From Camelus ferus (Eukaryota), in NCBI RefSeq assembly GCF_009834535.1, contig NC_045697.1:29266001-29330000 (forward strand): a stretch of 64,000 nucleotides of DNA, read 5' to 3'. A model generated the notes under the pieces. It searched no databases. It was not told where the DNA came from and saw only the letters and a program-made list of their open reading frames with translations. Made by a program: the position numbers and the translations under genes. Below are positions 1 to 12,869 of this stretch, piece by piece. Each line of letters begins with the position of its first letter. Position 1 is the stretch's first letter.

Positions 1-500
1 ACAGATCCATTCTGTGCAAGGTTTAGAAGGTAAAAATGAGGAGGGGGCCAGGTTTCTGGCTGCTTCTGCTGTCTCTTCCAGCAGGCACAGCTATAAACAT
101 GTAGGATGTTCCTGTGGCGTCATCCTAAGGGTCTGCTGGTTTTGTGGGTAGAGAGAGCACAGAGCACAGGGCACCCATTTTTTTTTTTTGCTGGTGTGGA
201 CCTGGTAGACGTAGCATGCCTCTGTTGTAAACATGGCAGTGGTAGCTTTCTGATCCCAGAAAAGTGATGTCTCTGAACTCAGTGGTTATAATGGTGGTTT
301 TCTGACTCCTCACCTTCCTGATTGTGGCAATGCAGCAGCTCTCCTGACAGGCCAGTTCTGCAGCGTTACTGTGGAGGGCAGACCTCAAGCTCCAATGGAA
401 TGCTGTTCTATCAATTGTATAAGCACCTAATCGCATATATTAAATCCCTTTCTGATTAAAACAGCTAGAATGATTTCTATTTACTGTAACTGAACCCTCC
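1..500 (+). mobile_element. ERVL-type LTR remnant (LTR33/LTR41-like), 3' end
   Basis: Terminal segment 'taaatccctttctgattaaaacagctagaatgatttctatttactgtaactgaaccct' resembles the LTR33/41 3' end. Confidence 0.55.
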
Positions 501-1249
501 CTATGTTGAATAAATAGAACTGAGAGAATTTGATGCCAGCTGAATGCAGAAAGGAAGAAGGGAGTGTGTGGCAGTGAGAAAGAGAGGAGGCAACTACTTC
601 CAAGGTTTCTTGCTTCTAGCCATTGTCTCTGGCCACCCATCAAAATAGGGACTCATAAAGAGAATTGGAGACTTGCAGGTAGGAGAGTGGGGCCTTTCAT
701 GAGTTGCCAGGAACAGGTTCTCCACTGCGTCCAGCTATGGGGCAGGCAGTTGAAACTAACTAGGTCATTACTGACTAACAGAGGAGCAGAAGGAGATTCG
801 GTTCCTGAACCTAAGTGGCATCTTTACTGTAATGCATCAGTGACTCACACTTTCAAGTTCAATTCTTAAATGAAGAGTCATATGAAATAGTCATACACAA
901 TGGCAGAGTTCGTGAAATTTATACACACTTAACTGTCTGTTCCTGGGGGCAGTTTCTCCCTCATGTCTTACTATTCAGAAAGCTTTAACCCTAGTAGTAC
1001 CTCCTTTCTTAACTCCAGTAAGACCAGTGCATTCTTTCTTTTTTAAAACAATAATATGCTAATCCACCAGCATCTTTCTTTCAGAGCCTAACTGACACAG
1101 TATTACTCAAATAAAATCACATTCTAACTTCAACTTATTACTTTGGCAATGACAACCACTCATTGTGACCCATATGACTCCTCCACTCAAAAATATTAAG
1201 TGTTTCATTGTGGATTTTACAGTAAACCTGGACAAGTAATAAGGTTTCC

Positions 1250-1325
1250 TTTTTCTCCCACCTCTCCCCCTCCCCTCCTGCTCCCCCCTCCCCCTCCCCT
1301 TCCTCTCTTTCTCCTTCTTCTTTTG
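1250..1325. repeat. C/T-rich low-complexity tract (G4-capable on the minus strand)
   Basis: Multiple C4-C6 runs separated by short spacers. Confidence 0.8.
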
Positions 1326-3269
1326 ATCTGATTCCATTTATTGTCAGCACAGGGACCATGACTCTAAGGTTGTAGGCAGTTGAAAGGTAAATGGACCTCA
1401 GTTCAGCTCATTTAATTCTTTGGACAAATAACAGCTTGACACTGCAAACTTGAGATGGGAACATGTGTTTTCTGTTTTTACTGTAAGATTCAACGGTTTA
1501 CACAGCTGTCATTAAGCATGTACCCAAGTGTATACATTTCTTAATGGACACGAGGACTGGAAGCAGGAGGTAGAAGAAGAAGCATTTGCAATCTGTTATA
1601 AATATTAGCACCTATTTTTTTAAAGAAAAAAAGACTCTTGGTAAGACTTCAAGATGGATTTGAATATGTCTTTATTGTAGCATTGGTGACGTTTGGTTAT
1701 AGTTAATTAAATGCAAATAATTCTGCCCAACTGGATTATGAGCCCTCTCCTGGGGGTGCAGAAACTGCCTTGTTGAGCTGTGTTTTCCCAGTTCTAAGTA
1801 GAGGTCCACATGATAGGCACTCAAGGAATGCTTGATGACTGACTGAAGGAAGTTTCTAAACTGGGGGTCAAGGGACAATATTTTAGTACTGGTTCTGCTT
1901 CAGTTTCCTCAACTATGAAATGAATCTCCAGGTCTTAAGTTCTGTTACTTCCTTGAAGGGCTTCTTATCCATAAAACTTTTTTGATCTCTAATGGAAAAA
2001 AATAATCTTCCTAAAACATTTGAAGTATAGCTGTTTAATGAATTCAGTTTGGTTGTGCCTTCAGTAGGGATTGAATGACCTCTTGAGGTTCTTTTTGGAT
2101 CCCATGGTGGTGGAATCCTATTAACTCTCTTGAGATCTGGGTCAGATTCACTGGGTGTGGAGCCCCATTCCAGAAATGAGTTGGCTATTAAATTGTTTCT
2201 ATTTTCCTCTTGTTTACCATCAGGATATTTCCCCTTTCCATGGGGATTTTCTGAAAAGGTCACACAGCCACTTCAGAAAACTATCCCCTTGTTGAATGAC
2301 AATGATAGACCTCTTTCTCTGGTTGGCAACCAGAAGCAACTACTGTCCGATTTAGGCAGAAAGAGGGGGCTAGGCCACTTAGTTGGCCAAGGGCAGAGGG
2401 AAAGTCCAGCCTCCAATGATGACATTAGGACTGTGACAAAATGTCTTCCCTGGAAGTGACAATTAGGCACAGTTCCACTGAGGCATTGCTGGAGCAGCAC
2501 AAGGGGAAGGAAGCATCTTCTGTGACCAGCTCTGGGCCTATAGAGGAGATCCAAACTACTTTCACGCATCCTGTCAGCAAGGCCTTTGCAGTCCACATTC
2601 AAAACACATGAACACAATAATCTAGTGCCCTTTGGGATCAAGGATAATCCTGCAATAAGCAGTGAAGAGCTCTGGGTAGGGCTATGAGGATAAACCAACA
2701 TGGTCATCCATTTAATCAGATACTGTCTGAGTCCCCGAAATGTGCTAGACCCTGCACTAGGTGTTGGGCTCAGGCTGGTGCTTGAAATCATAGCCCATCT
2801 ACTGATAGTCTGGTTGGGTACAGACTATTATAATGGCATATATAATGTACAACTATTATAATGTCATAAGGGTCTTGCTTTGCCTGGGAGGACAGAAGAA
2901 GGAATGATTAACTCGTCTCTGTTAGCACTGCCGATGTGTCCATCCGGTAGTGGTGTCTGGGTGTTGCTTCACCTTTCCGTCTCACAACCTGTCCCACTTC
3001 TATGGCACTTGGCTCACCTGACCATGGCACTCTCCTGCCCAGACCCCTCAGTGACCCCTATCCCCTATTCAATAAAAACTCAACCCCTTAGCCAGGAATC
3101 CAATTTGACTCCCACCTTCTTTTTCACTTTTATTTCTTATCGCTTCACTAATAGTCCGTAATTCATGGTGCTCTTTCCATGTCTCAGTGCCTTTCTTGTC
3201 TCATGCTATAGGGGCCTCACTCACATCAGGCCACATGTATCTGTCCACACCAAAAACTGCTGCAAACAT

Positions 3270-3605
3270 CTGCATTTCTCTTTCTGTGGCTTTTCTTTGG
3301 CTGGGGGAGCACCCTAGGCAGAGCAAGCCAGAAGTGTCCCTGGAAGCAACTCCTCTTCTTACTCCAGCTTCTTTGCCCTTCCGTGGGCATAACTCTGAGA
3401 CATGCTTTATGCTGCACTGACTCCCAGAGCTGCCCAAAGAGGTTGAGCTCCAGTTATTCACAATGCCAACTGTCTTGCTAACACACCAGCTTTTCCATTC
3501 CTGTTGAATTCCCCACTCTCCTGCTCTTTCCTGGGGTCATCCCCCAGATTAACTATGGCATTCAAGTCCTTGTCTCTCAGTCCACTTCTGCAGGGATCCA
3601 AACAG
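3270..3605 (+). mobile_element. ERVL LTR16-like solo LTR
   Basis: 'ggcataactctgagacatg...actcccagag...gagctccagtt...caagtccttgtctctcag...cttctgcagggatccaaac' matches LTR16 layout. Confidence 0.7.
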
Positions 3606-3659
3606 TCTCTCCTTTCTCCTCCACTTTTGCCCTTAAGCCACTCGTCTCCAGTCATTGGA

Positions 3660-3940
3660 GCTCCTCATTCTTAAAGCTCTGTTGGACGATCACCTCCTCT
3701 GTGATGTCATTTTCATCCACCACACTCCACCATGCAGGGTGAGGGTCTCCTTCCCCTGAGATCCTTGGCCCTTTACACAGATCTCTCTTATGTGCGTCAC
3801 ACAGCATTGTGATTACATGTAGGCATATTGGCCTTTGCCCACTAGGAACTATGACTCACTCATCTGTCAGTCCAGGCCCTAGCAGAGTGTCCTGTATGGG
3901 GTAGATGCCCAATAAATATTTGATGAAAGAATATGTGAAT
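3660..3940 (+). mobile_element. L2 3' end
   Basis: Ends 'gtagatgcccaataaatatttgatgaaagaat'. Confidence 0.7.
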
Positions 3941-5278
3941 ATGTGTCCTGGCCATAATCCCTGCACGCACAGGAGGGAGCTTGAAGCCATGTTCCTGACC
4001 CTGCACTTCTGGGCCAAGGGGAATTCTTACTTGTCTTGAGAGGTCAGGAATCCTCTCCTTGCCCCTCCCGCGGGACTGACTGTAATTGTGATCTTACTGC
4101 AAAGAAGGGGGTCCTTTCAGTTCACAGTAAGTCTCCAAAAAGATTTGCCTAGACCCTTAGGAATCCACAGAGTAAATTCCAAGGGTGTGAAAAGTGGCCA
4201 AAGGCCTGAGGGCTGGTGGAGTGGCTATAAGAAAATTGCTGCAGATAAGCCCCAGGCAACTCAAAGATGCCATCAGTCTTTAAGAAAGCTGCTATCTTTG
4301 TAGTTTTTATCACAGGGTGAAACCCAGCTCTGTAGTAAACTGCGGGCTGAGTAAATAGCCCAAAAGGAGATGTAATCCTGGAGAGGAATCTAAGACTTTC
4401 ATTTGAGCAGGCAGCTGGTCTTTAGGGAAGGATGATTACAGCTGAATTTCTGTGCTTTGCTTGCGGTGTTATTTTAAAAATCTCACTGCCAAGGAAGACC
4501 TGTCCTCCTGTGAAGAATCAGGACCAGCAGGGATCCGACTGAAGGTACAGGCTGATGCCCCACAATGTTAGACCTCAGACAAACAAATAGAAACACAAAT
4601 TCCAGAGCCATGGTCCTCCCTGCTGAGCAGAAATGGAAATGAACTAAACAGGCTGCAGTGTCAGAAATGGGAATTGGCACAGGAAAATGGCCCTGAGCTC
4701 CACCGTGTTATTAGTGGAAATCAGGAAAGAACCAAGGAGGATTTGAAGAGGGACAGTCAAGGCACTAAGGTGGCAAGGAAAGAAGGAATACTAGCATTTT
4801 TTAAGGGCTGCCATGTGCTGGGCAGATAGCACTTAATTATTTCTTCTATCAGCCCTTTGAGCTATTATCATAGACATTGACAAGGAAAAAATAGAAGCCC
4901 AGAGAGGTCAAATGATTTGTCCAAGGTGTCCCAGCTAGGAATGAAATTTAGGTTTAAGTGACAAGAAGAGTTTGAAAATAATTCATACCCAGTTCAAAAC
5001 ACAAGATGACCATCATTGTTTGATTTAGGTCACGTGCTCAACATAGTCAGGGATCATAACTCAAAACTTGTGCACATATGATTTTTCTCCTCTGTGCATT
5101 TGTAAATTCACTGCCTTTGGGGGTATTGTGAGGTAGGCACTGTGACTGTGGGAGAAAGAAGGGGGAAAGGATCTTCTAGAAGATCAAATTTAAAAAGGCC
5201 TAACTTTTTAAAAAAAGAAAAAAAGAGGCCTAAATTTTGGAAAATCTCCAAATTTGTGTTTAGCAGTGTACTTGGCTT

Positions 5279-5328
5279 AGGAAGGAAGGAAGGAAGGAAG
5301 GAAGGAAGGAAGGAAGGAAGGGAGGGAG
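5279..5328. repeat. (GGAA)n microsatellite
   Basis: About 10 GGAA units followed by GGGA units. Confidence 0.97.
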
Positions 5329-6169
5329 GCTGCAAGCATAGGATTTAAATTTTCATACCTCCTAATATTGGCTGTGACCATAGGGAGACACTGAAATACC
5401 ACGGGATTGGCGAGTACTGCCCTACTTTCGATTCTGCCCAAAGCAGGAAGGCTTAGGTATGTCACGAGAAAGCCTCTTGTTACCGCCTTAAGACCAGAAC
5501 AAAAACATTGGGAGGAGGCTCCCATCTTGACAGCATGATTTCCAAAGAAGCCGTACTAGTCTTATGACTGAAATGTCTCTAATATCACAACTGTGTAACC
5601 AGCTGATATTTAAACTGATCATGGAATCCATCACATACAATTATGAAGCTAATATACATTAGTTTTAGTAAAAGGGAGGAGGGAGAACTCTCTTTGAAGA
5701 TCAAAGAGAAGAAGAAAGAAACCTGGACTGGAACCCTGGACGTGCGGGTTCCAGCGCTGGCTCCTTCAGTAGCTGAACTTCCTGTGCTAACTTTGCCTCT
5801 GTCCTTTCCTCTGCTTTCGTGAAGGGTCTGTGTCAACGACACGGAAGAGGACTTCCAGCTCCAAAGATCTAAGGGAATGTTTGGAGACTTCCAAAGAGTT
5901 AAGCACTTGAATGTAATTTGGAGCTGGCTGGCTATAAGATGAGTCAGAAATCAATTCACGGTGTATTTTTATTGCTCTTCATTTCAAACTTCCTAATTTG
6001 GGTGCTATTAAATGAGAGAGAGAGAGAGAGAAACTATGTAAGAGGTAAAAAGAAAAAAGCCAAACAGCAAATAAAACTTTAAAAAACAACAAATATCTTT
6101 TTAACTACTTGAATAACAAAGCTAGGCACTTCTAGTGTACTAAAACAGTTCTTTTGGGTGGCAACAGTC

Positions 6170-6560
6170 ACACTGTGGAAAGAACATAGACAAGTTCTGA
6201 ATCCCAAAGTCCTACATTTGAATCACACAGCTTTAACACCTATGTTATAAACAACACCGGAGTAAACCTCTTCATTTCTTTGAGCCTCAACTTCCGCATG
6301 TCAAAAAGAAGAATAATTCTAACAATAGTAGTAATAGCTACCATTTATTGGGTGCTTTATGAGCCAAGCGCTGAGATAGGCTCTTTGTATTAGGTCTCCA
6401 AATCCACCCCCACCTCCGCCCCACCTCCCCCGCAACTATAGGAATTAGCTGTTATTACCCTGATCTTACAGATAAAGACATTGAGACTAACGAAATCTAA
6501 GAGCAGAGCTGGGATTCAAACCCAGTTTGGTAGGACTCTGAAGCTTATTCTCTCATCTAC
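6170..6560. mobile_element. Two adjacent MIR fragments in opposite orientation
   Basis: 'ttgagcctcaacttccgcatgtcaaaaag' (+), then 'tagctaccatttattgggtgc...gctgggattcaaaccc' (-). Confidence 0.7.
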
Positions 6561-7719
6561 CCTCCTACAGTTCCCCAAAGGATAATAACATAGATCAAAC
6601 AAGTTGATATTTGAAAAGATACAGTGTGAATGGCAATATAGAAGTATTCTATACAATATTCATTGTCACTACAACAGTAATGATAACACAGCGGTAACAG
6701 CAACAGTAACGGTGAAGTTTTAAATGTTCATACTCAAAGTGAGTATCCAAACAGATGCATGTATAGTTTTATTTGAATGTCTAATCAGACAGTGACTAGA
6801 GGATGACTCCAGGCTAACTCGACTCTGGGAGCTTCCCTCATCAGTTTTCATCATTGAACGTCTACACTTCTGGGTTCAGGGAAAAAGTCTGCAGGATCAG
6901 ATATGTTGATATGTGAGAAACAGTGCAGAGAAGATATAGAACATAGCGAAACCTCTTTGTGCTCTACAGTTTTATCACCGAAAGTACCATCTGGCCAAGC
7001 CGATCAGAAAATAACCAGAGATTACCAGCTGGTAAATTTTACCTTTTAAAAAAAATCAAGCGAAAGGCCCAATAACCTATTAGCATAGTAAACCTGGATT
7101 GTAGTCAGTAAAATAAGGGGCACACTGTCCCTATGAGTCATCAAGGCTAACAAAGACTCCCTCTGGCCTTTTAGAGCTGGACCACATTAACTTGAAATTG
7201 AATCTTAGCACAGAGGAGCAGCGCGTAGCTCCTTTAAAAAAGAGGATGTGGGAAACCAGATGACTCAAGCAGGTGGCACGTGTGACCTGGGAGTCTTGAT
7301 CCCACTGAAGTATCAATGCCTGTCTGAGGAGCCCTCCTCCCTATCTACTAATTCAGTTTCTTCAGTTCCTTTAAAAAGTCCTGGCTCCTCTCAAAACTGT
7401 TAGAGACAGATACAGAATGTTAAATGGGAAAAGGACCTTAGAATTTATCCAGTCAAATGTTTTCATTTCACAGATGAGAAAACAAAGGCCCAGAGAGGTG
7501 AAGTCTGATGGCCCCCAAACTTGTCAGCAGCACAGGAAGGTCACCTATCTCCTATTTTCCATACGGTGTTCGTCCAGCATGTGATGCTGCCTCATCCCAT
7601 CCCTTGCCCTTCAGTGCTCCCACACTGCTTGTGACACGTGTATAGTTGCATATCACTCACATAGGCGCTAAGATCTTTGGGAAGACAGTAATCCCAGAGA
7701 ATTCTTCACAGGAAGTAGA

Positions 7720-7925
7720 TAGTATTTCCTATGTGCACAATTCTAAGCACTTTATACAAATAAACTCATGAATCTTTACAACAACCCTAGGAGATAGGTA
7801 CCTATTATTATCCCTATCTTACAGAGACACAGAGAGGTTAAGTAATTTGCTCAAGGTCACACAGCTGGTCAGGGGTTGAGCCAGCATTTAAACCCAGGCC
7901 AGCTAGCTCTAGTATTCATGTCCTC
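7720..7925 (-). mobile_element. MIR
   Basis: Core 'acagagaggttaagtaatttgctcaaggtcacacagctgg'. Confidence 0.9.
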
Positions 7926-8127
7926 ATCAAATACAAAGATGTGTAGAAATGATTACTGGTTGCCTTGGAGAGAAGAAATGGGTGGTTACAGCGTCTGGAA
8001 TGAGAAGACTTTCTTTTTCCTATAAATCCTAACAGACTGTATATATTTTTGTCATATACATATGTTACTTATTCAATAAACAACAAACAAAAAAGTAGTG
8101 ACTATTGTGCATGTCTTTTAAAAATAG

Positions 8128-8255
8128 TTCTAAAATGGATGGTGGTAATGGTTGCACAATACTGTGAACATAACTGATGCCACTGAATCATACATTTAAA
8201 AATGGCTAAAGTGGTACATTTTATAATATGTATATTTTATTACTCCCCCCAAAAA
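8128..8255 (+). mobile_element. L1M (L1MB-like) 3' terminal fragment
   Basis: 'atggtggtaatggttgcacaatactgtgaa...gccactgaa'; flanked by 'agttctaaaa' direct repeats. Confidence 0.8.
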
Positions 8256-8862
8256 GTTCTAAAAGCCTTTTTGGCAATGACAGGGAATACTGGGGTAGTG
8301 TTTTCCAAGACTTCAAGCAGCATATTTGGATCTGGAGCCTAAATATCTCGGTATAATTCAGTCAACATTTATTGTGCACCTGTTAGATTTAAGGTTCTGT
8401 GCAACTTACGGCAGAGCATACAAAAATGATAAATCTAGTCCTTACTCTCAAAGAATAAATGGGAGGCAGCTTGGGTGATGATAACACGAAGTCAAGAGGA
8501 GGAGCTGCTTTTTGGTGACCCATGATGTACCAAGTACAGCCGCTGGCATACAGTAGGAGTTTAATCAATGTCAGCTATTATTATTACCATTATTTGACTC
8601 TTCTTAGACTTCCTTCCCTCTTTTGTAAAATCAGAGGCTTGGCTTAGATAACCTACAGAATCTATCACCAGGAATAGGAATGGTCTACTCTCTGTTCTAT
8701 TGGTGAGCAACGTGAGGCAAGACATGCTAGAATGACTTGTCTCACAGAATGAGAAAATAGAAGTCTGGATGACAAGGGGCAGGATCAAATTTTGAAGTGA
8801 CCAGTCTATTTGAGTTCTTCTGTGCCCATGCCACACAGCGGCCCCCGCCACGGGTCTCAAAC

Positions 8863-9252
8863 CAGCAGTGCTGGAGCTGCCTTGTTCTGGCTCTCACAGC
8901 TGGTGAGCCAGTCGTTAAACATAGCCATTATTAAAATTAAATTGCAAACTTACAGTTAAATAAATTCCATTTAAAGCAACATAGGAAAAACTTAAAACAT
9001 TATTTCATTGTATTTTGTATTATCTCTCTTCTTAAGGTGATTTACATCAACTGCATTTGAATGATGGAAGGAGTAAGTAACGATGGCTACTGGGCATCCA
9101 TTTCTTCCCAACTCCTCGTTCAGTGATACCAGATTAGCAGTCCGAAATCAGCCAGGGTAGGATTATTTACACCGTAGAAATCAGCAAACAAAACAAATCA
9201 GCCTTCAACCTCTCCCAAAGCTGGTTGTTAAACATTTACCAGTGCATGACTG
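8863..9252 (+). mobile_element. MER63 (hAT-Blackjack) non-autonomous DNA transposon
   Basis: 'cagcagtgctggagctg...gttaaacatagccattattaaaa...gttgttaaacatttaccagtgcatgactg'; 8-bp TSD tctcaaac/gctcaaac. Confidence 0.85.
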
Positions 9253-10164
9253 GCTCAAACCAGCATGTACAATATGGGTCTCTTGGAAGGACTGTCCTAT
9301 TACTCTCAGACAGAAGAGTGCATAATTATCATCCCATTGCATGTAGATCAGGGGCCATGAAGTAACAGGCTATGAGACATGACCCTCTTATCCTGTTTCC
9401 TTAACCAAAATAAAATAAATAATTCTGTATATTTGGCCCACAGCCAAGGAACTCTCATGTTTGATTCTTCATCCCCTGCCTGCAAGAGCTAATTACAGTG
9501 AGGGGTATGCAAAGCAATAGTTCTTTGTGTTCCCAGTGAAATAATGGCTTAGTCACCCCTGAGAGTGTGAAGGCTCTGCACTTCTCCTCAGTGCAGTGAA
9601 CACAAATCCCAATCTGATGGCATGTGACTTTTTCTTTTTCTAAATGAATCAGACTTCATGAATAGAAATTTAGCCTTCCTCCACCCACTCTGGCCCAGCT
9701 ATGCCAGTTAGCATACTTCCAGTTTTTCTAGTTGAATTGATTCACCAGTAGTTTTAGGAGTCTGTTGGTTCACGTGTTCAGTTATGATACTATCAAAGGG
9801 TGATGGAATCCTTGCTTTGCAAACTCATTGATTACGTAGCAGAAATTTGATTCTGTGTTTGTGTAGAGAAAATAAAACCCACCACCAAGATAGAGAACTG
9901 AGCCCTCGGTTTGGGAAGGGAATGTTTTCTCTCCAGGTTTCCGGGGCAAAGCTAGACAAGTGAGCCAATCTGGCCGAGGTTTCATTGCCTTTTCTGTAGA
10001 TCCAGGACACTGCAGGATGGTTTTGAGCTGTGTACCAGGTCATGACTGGACACAGACGTCCAGGCCTCAAGACCCTAAACGTTGACCAACCCTGGTGCTC
10101 CCCAAGCCATAGGTAATTCAAAATAAAATTTCCAATAACACAAAACCTGGAGGTTATGTGGAGG

Positions 10165-10420
10165 GCAGTGTAGAGTCTTGGATAAGCACATATCCATCAC
10201 TAGAGCCAGACTGCTTGGATCTGAATCTTGCCTTTCCCATTTATCACTTTTGTGACTTTGGGCAAGTAAGATCTGTGTCTGTTTCATCATCTGTAGAAAA
10301 GGGACAAATAATGCTCCCTACCCTTACAGGGTTGATGTGAGAATTAAATATGTTAAAATTTGTAACACGCTTAGAGAAGTACCTGGTTCATAGTAAGTGT
10401 CATATAAATGCCAGGTATTA
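10165..10420 (+). mobile_element. Near full-length MIR
   Basis: 'gagccagactgcttggatctgaatc...gtgactttgggcaagt...catctgtagaaaagg...cctggttcatagtaagtg'. Confidence 0.9.
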
Positions 10421-10688
10421 TTTGAACCCTGACATGCTTTGTAATTATTTTTGGATTGAAAGTTAATTGAAGGCGAACTGTTACTTAATCTTATTTACTT
10501 ATTTCCAGGTACCTTAGACACATGACCTAGCTCTGAGACACCAGGCAGGTGTCTTGCAATGCAAATTCAGATGCCAATCATCAAACAGTCCTTCTGTAGC
10601 TTGGACCTAGAATTCAAAGTGCATTCTAGTGGTTAAGAGTCAGGACTTTAAAGTCAGACACAGAGAGTTCTTGTTTGTTTGTTTGTTT

Positions 10689-11385
10689 AACTTTTTATTT
10701 TTAAATAATTGTACATTTAAACAGAAAACTTACAAAAATAGTAGAGAGTTCATGATGACCCCTTTACCCAGCTAACACCAGCTACATCGTTCATCTTTCA
10801 CTAGTACAATTATTAAAGCCAGAAGGTTAACACAGAAACTAGTCTGTGAACTAATCTGTAAACCTTACTTGAATTTCACCAGTTTTCCACTAAAGCCCAG
10901 GATCCAACACAAGCTCCTACAGTGCATTTAGCTGTTGTGTCTTCATAGTAGCCTCCAGTCTGCAGCAGTTGCTCAGTCTTTGTTTTTCTTTCCTGACCTT
11001 GACATTATTGATGAGCATCAGCTCATGTCTCGCAGTTTAGGTTCTTCTGACATTTATTTGTGATTAAATTGAAGATTGCCTTTTTGGCAGGAGTACCATA
11101 GAAGTGATGTGTCCTTGGTGCATCATTTCAGGGGGAACAGGAGGGGTTTATTTGTTTGTTTCTATTTATTTATTTATTTTTCCAGGCGCAGGGAGGGGGG
11201 CGGGTAGTAATTAGGTTTACTTATTTATTTTAATGGAGGTACTGGGAATTGAACCCAGGACCTCTTGCATGCTAGGCATGCTCTCTACTGCTGAGCCACA
11301 CCCTCCCCCGGAACAGGATGTCGATAGCTTTGATTAGTAGTGACATTAACCTTGATTACTTGGTTAAGGTTTCTCCACTGCAATG
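10689..11385 (-). mobile_element. L1MC/L1MD-like 3' region interrupted by a SINE
   Basis: 'ttttattttaaataattgtac...caaaaatagtagagagttc...ttacccag'; resumes after 11318 with 'accttgattacttggttaagg'. Confidence 0.75.
11143..11309 (-). mobile_element. tRNA-derived camelid SINE (Vic-1-like)
   Basis: 'ggaggtactgggaattgaacccaggacctcttgcatgctaggcatgctctctactgctgagc' (A/B boxes on minus strand); TSD ggaacagga at 11134-11142 and 11310-11318. Confidence 0.9.
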
Positions 11386-12244
11386 ATACACACCTATTTC
11401 CCAGGATATAAAACATTGTTATTAACCTCAGAATAAAGGAAGATTTTTTTTTTTTGGCATGCCAGAGCCTCTGTAACAGTGCTTTATTTTGTATCCTGTT
11501 CTATGAAAGATTTTATTACCCAACATCTCATGTTACCCAACATCTTGATGTACTATATTATTTGAAGTAAAAGAGACAGAACTACTTTAAAATACAATTT
11601 GAGCAGCAGCTCAAATGAAAAATTGCTTCGGTTACTTCTATGCAGTGCTCATTTGAGTAGGCTTTATCATGGAGTAATAGACAAATGGAACAATACTGTA
11701 AACTTAAAATGACATGTATAAAGGAAAATTTACACTGTAATGAACGTGTGAGACAAGAAAAAAATAACGAGGCCTATGTTGTAGATATGTGCCATGTACA
11801 GTCATTAAAGAGTAATTCCTGCATGGAAAAATATTAAGCCAATGAAAGAGCCTAGAAATCCATATGGAGGAAGAGTAGTGCTGTAAATGCAAAATATCAG
11901 AGCTTGATACTTTGGGCATATGAAGCAATCAAATAGGTCTCCCCTTTAACACACAATCAAGCCCATTTCATCTTCACACACAGTATAGTTCATTTTCAGA
12001 ATTCAAGAACTGGTCCTCCCAGGAGTCGGCAGGATGCTAACCTAACATCATTGCATTAAGACTACTCTTAAGGAGGATTGTGCTTTTTCTTTTGTTTTGC
12101 TATGTTTGCAACCAACATATTATAGGTAACTCAAGTTAAGTATACACGTATTACATATTAGAAGTAATGGAAGAGTCTAATTATGGCATTTTAAACTATT
12201 CTCTAGTGAAGGCTTGAGATAAAGAAAAAGTAAATGTGGGGTTA

Positions 12245-12475
12245 TAGTAGCTAACACTTGGGTACTTGCCATATGCTAGGCACTTCTCTCAGTACTTTGC
12301 ATATGCTAATTTAATTCTCATAACAATCCTGCAATATATTCACTATTATTATCGCCTCCCTTTTACAGATGAGGAAAGATAGACAGAGAGACTAAATGTC
12401 TTGACCAACATCACACAGCTAATTAAGTGCAGAGCTGGGATTTGAACCTACAGTGTGGTTCTAGGCTACCGAAGT
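12245..12475 (-). mobile_element. MIR
   Basis: 'ttttacagatgaggaa...cacacagctaattaagtgcagagctgggatttgaacc'. Confidence 0.88.
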
Positions 12476-12869
12476 TCTTGGCCACTGCAGTGCATTGCAC
12501 CTCAAATGGCTAAGAACACTTGCGAGTCATACAATTTTCTTCCTCTAATACTATGAATTTAATATATATTTTTAAAATATACTATTTATATAATTTTTTA
12601 ATATACCACAAATCTAATAATATATATTTTCTGCCTCTTAAATATGCTACAAATCCGTATTTCTGGCATTTTCTCTTTTTCCCTTTTCACTCTCTATAAC
12701 ACTGCTATACCTATTTACACTCTAAGCCACAAAAATGAGTACCAGGTCATATATCCAGCCCTAGATTGTCTTCTAATTTACTTATGCGTTGGGATGGTCT
12801 ATGGAGACAAGGATCAAGTCTTGGATATATAGCCTATTCCCCACAGAGCACTAGGTAAGAACTAATCTT

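Noticed and set aside
11225..11305. tRNA-like sequence (also at ~44220 and ~60375)
   Set aside because: These are SINE heads with tails and TSDs, not tRNA genes
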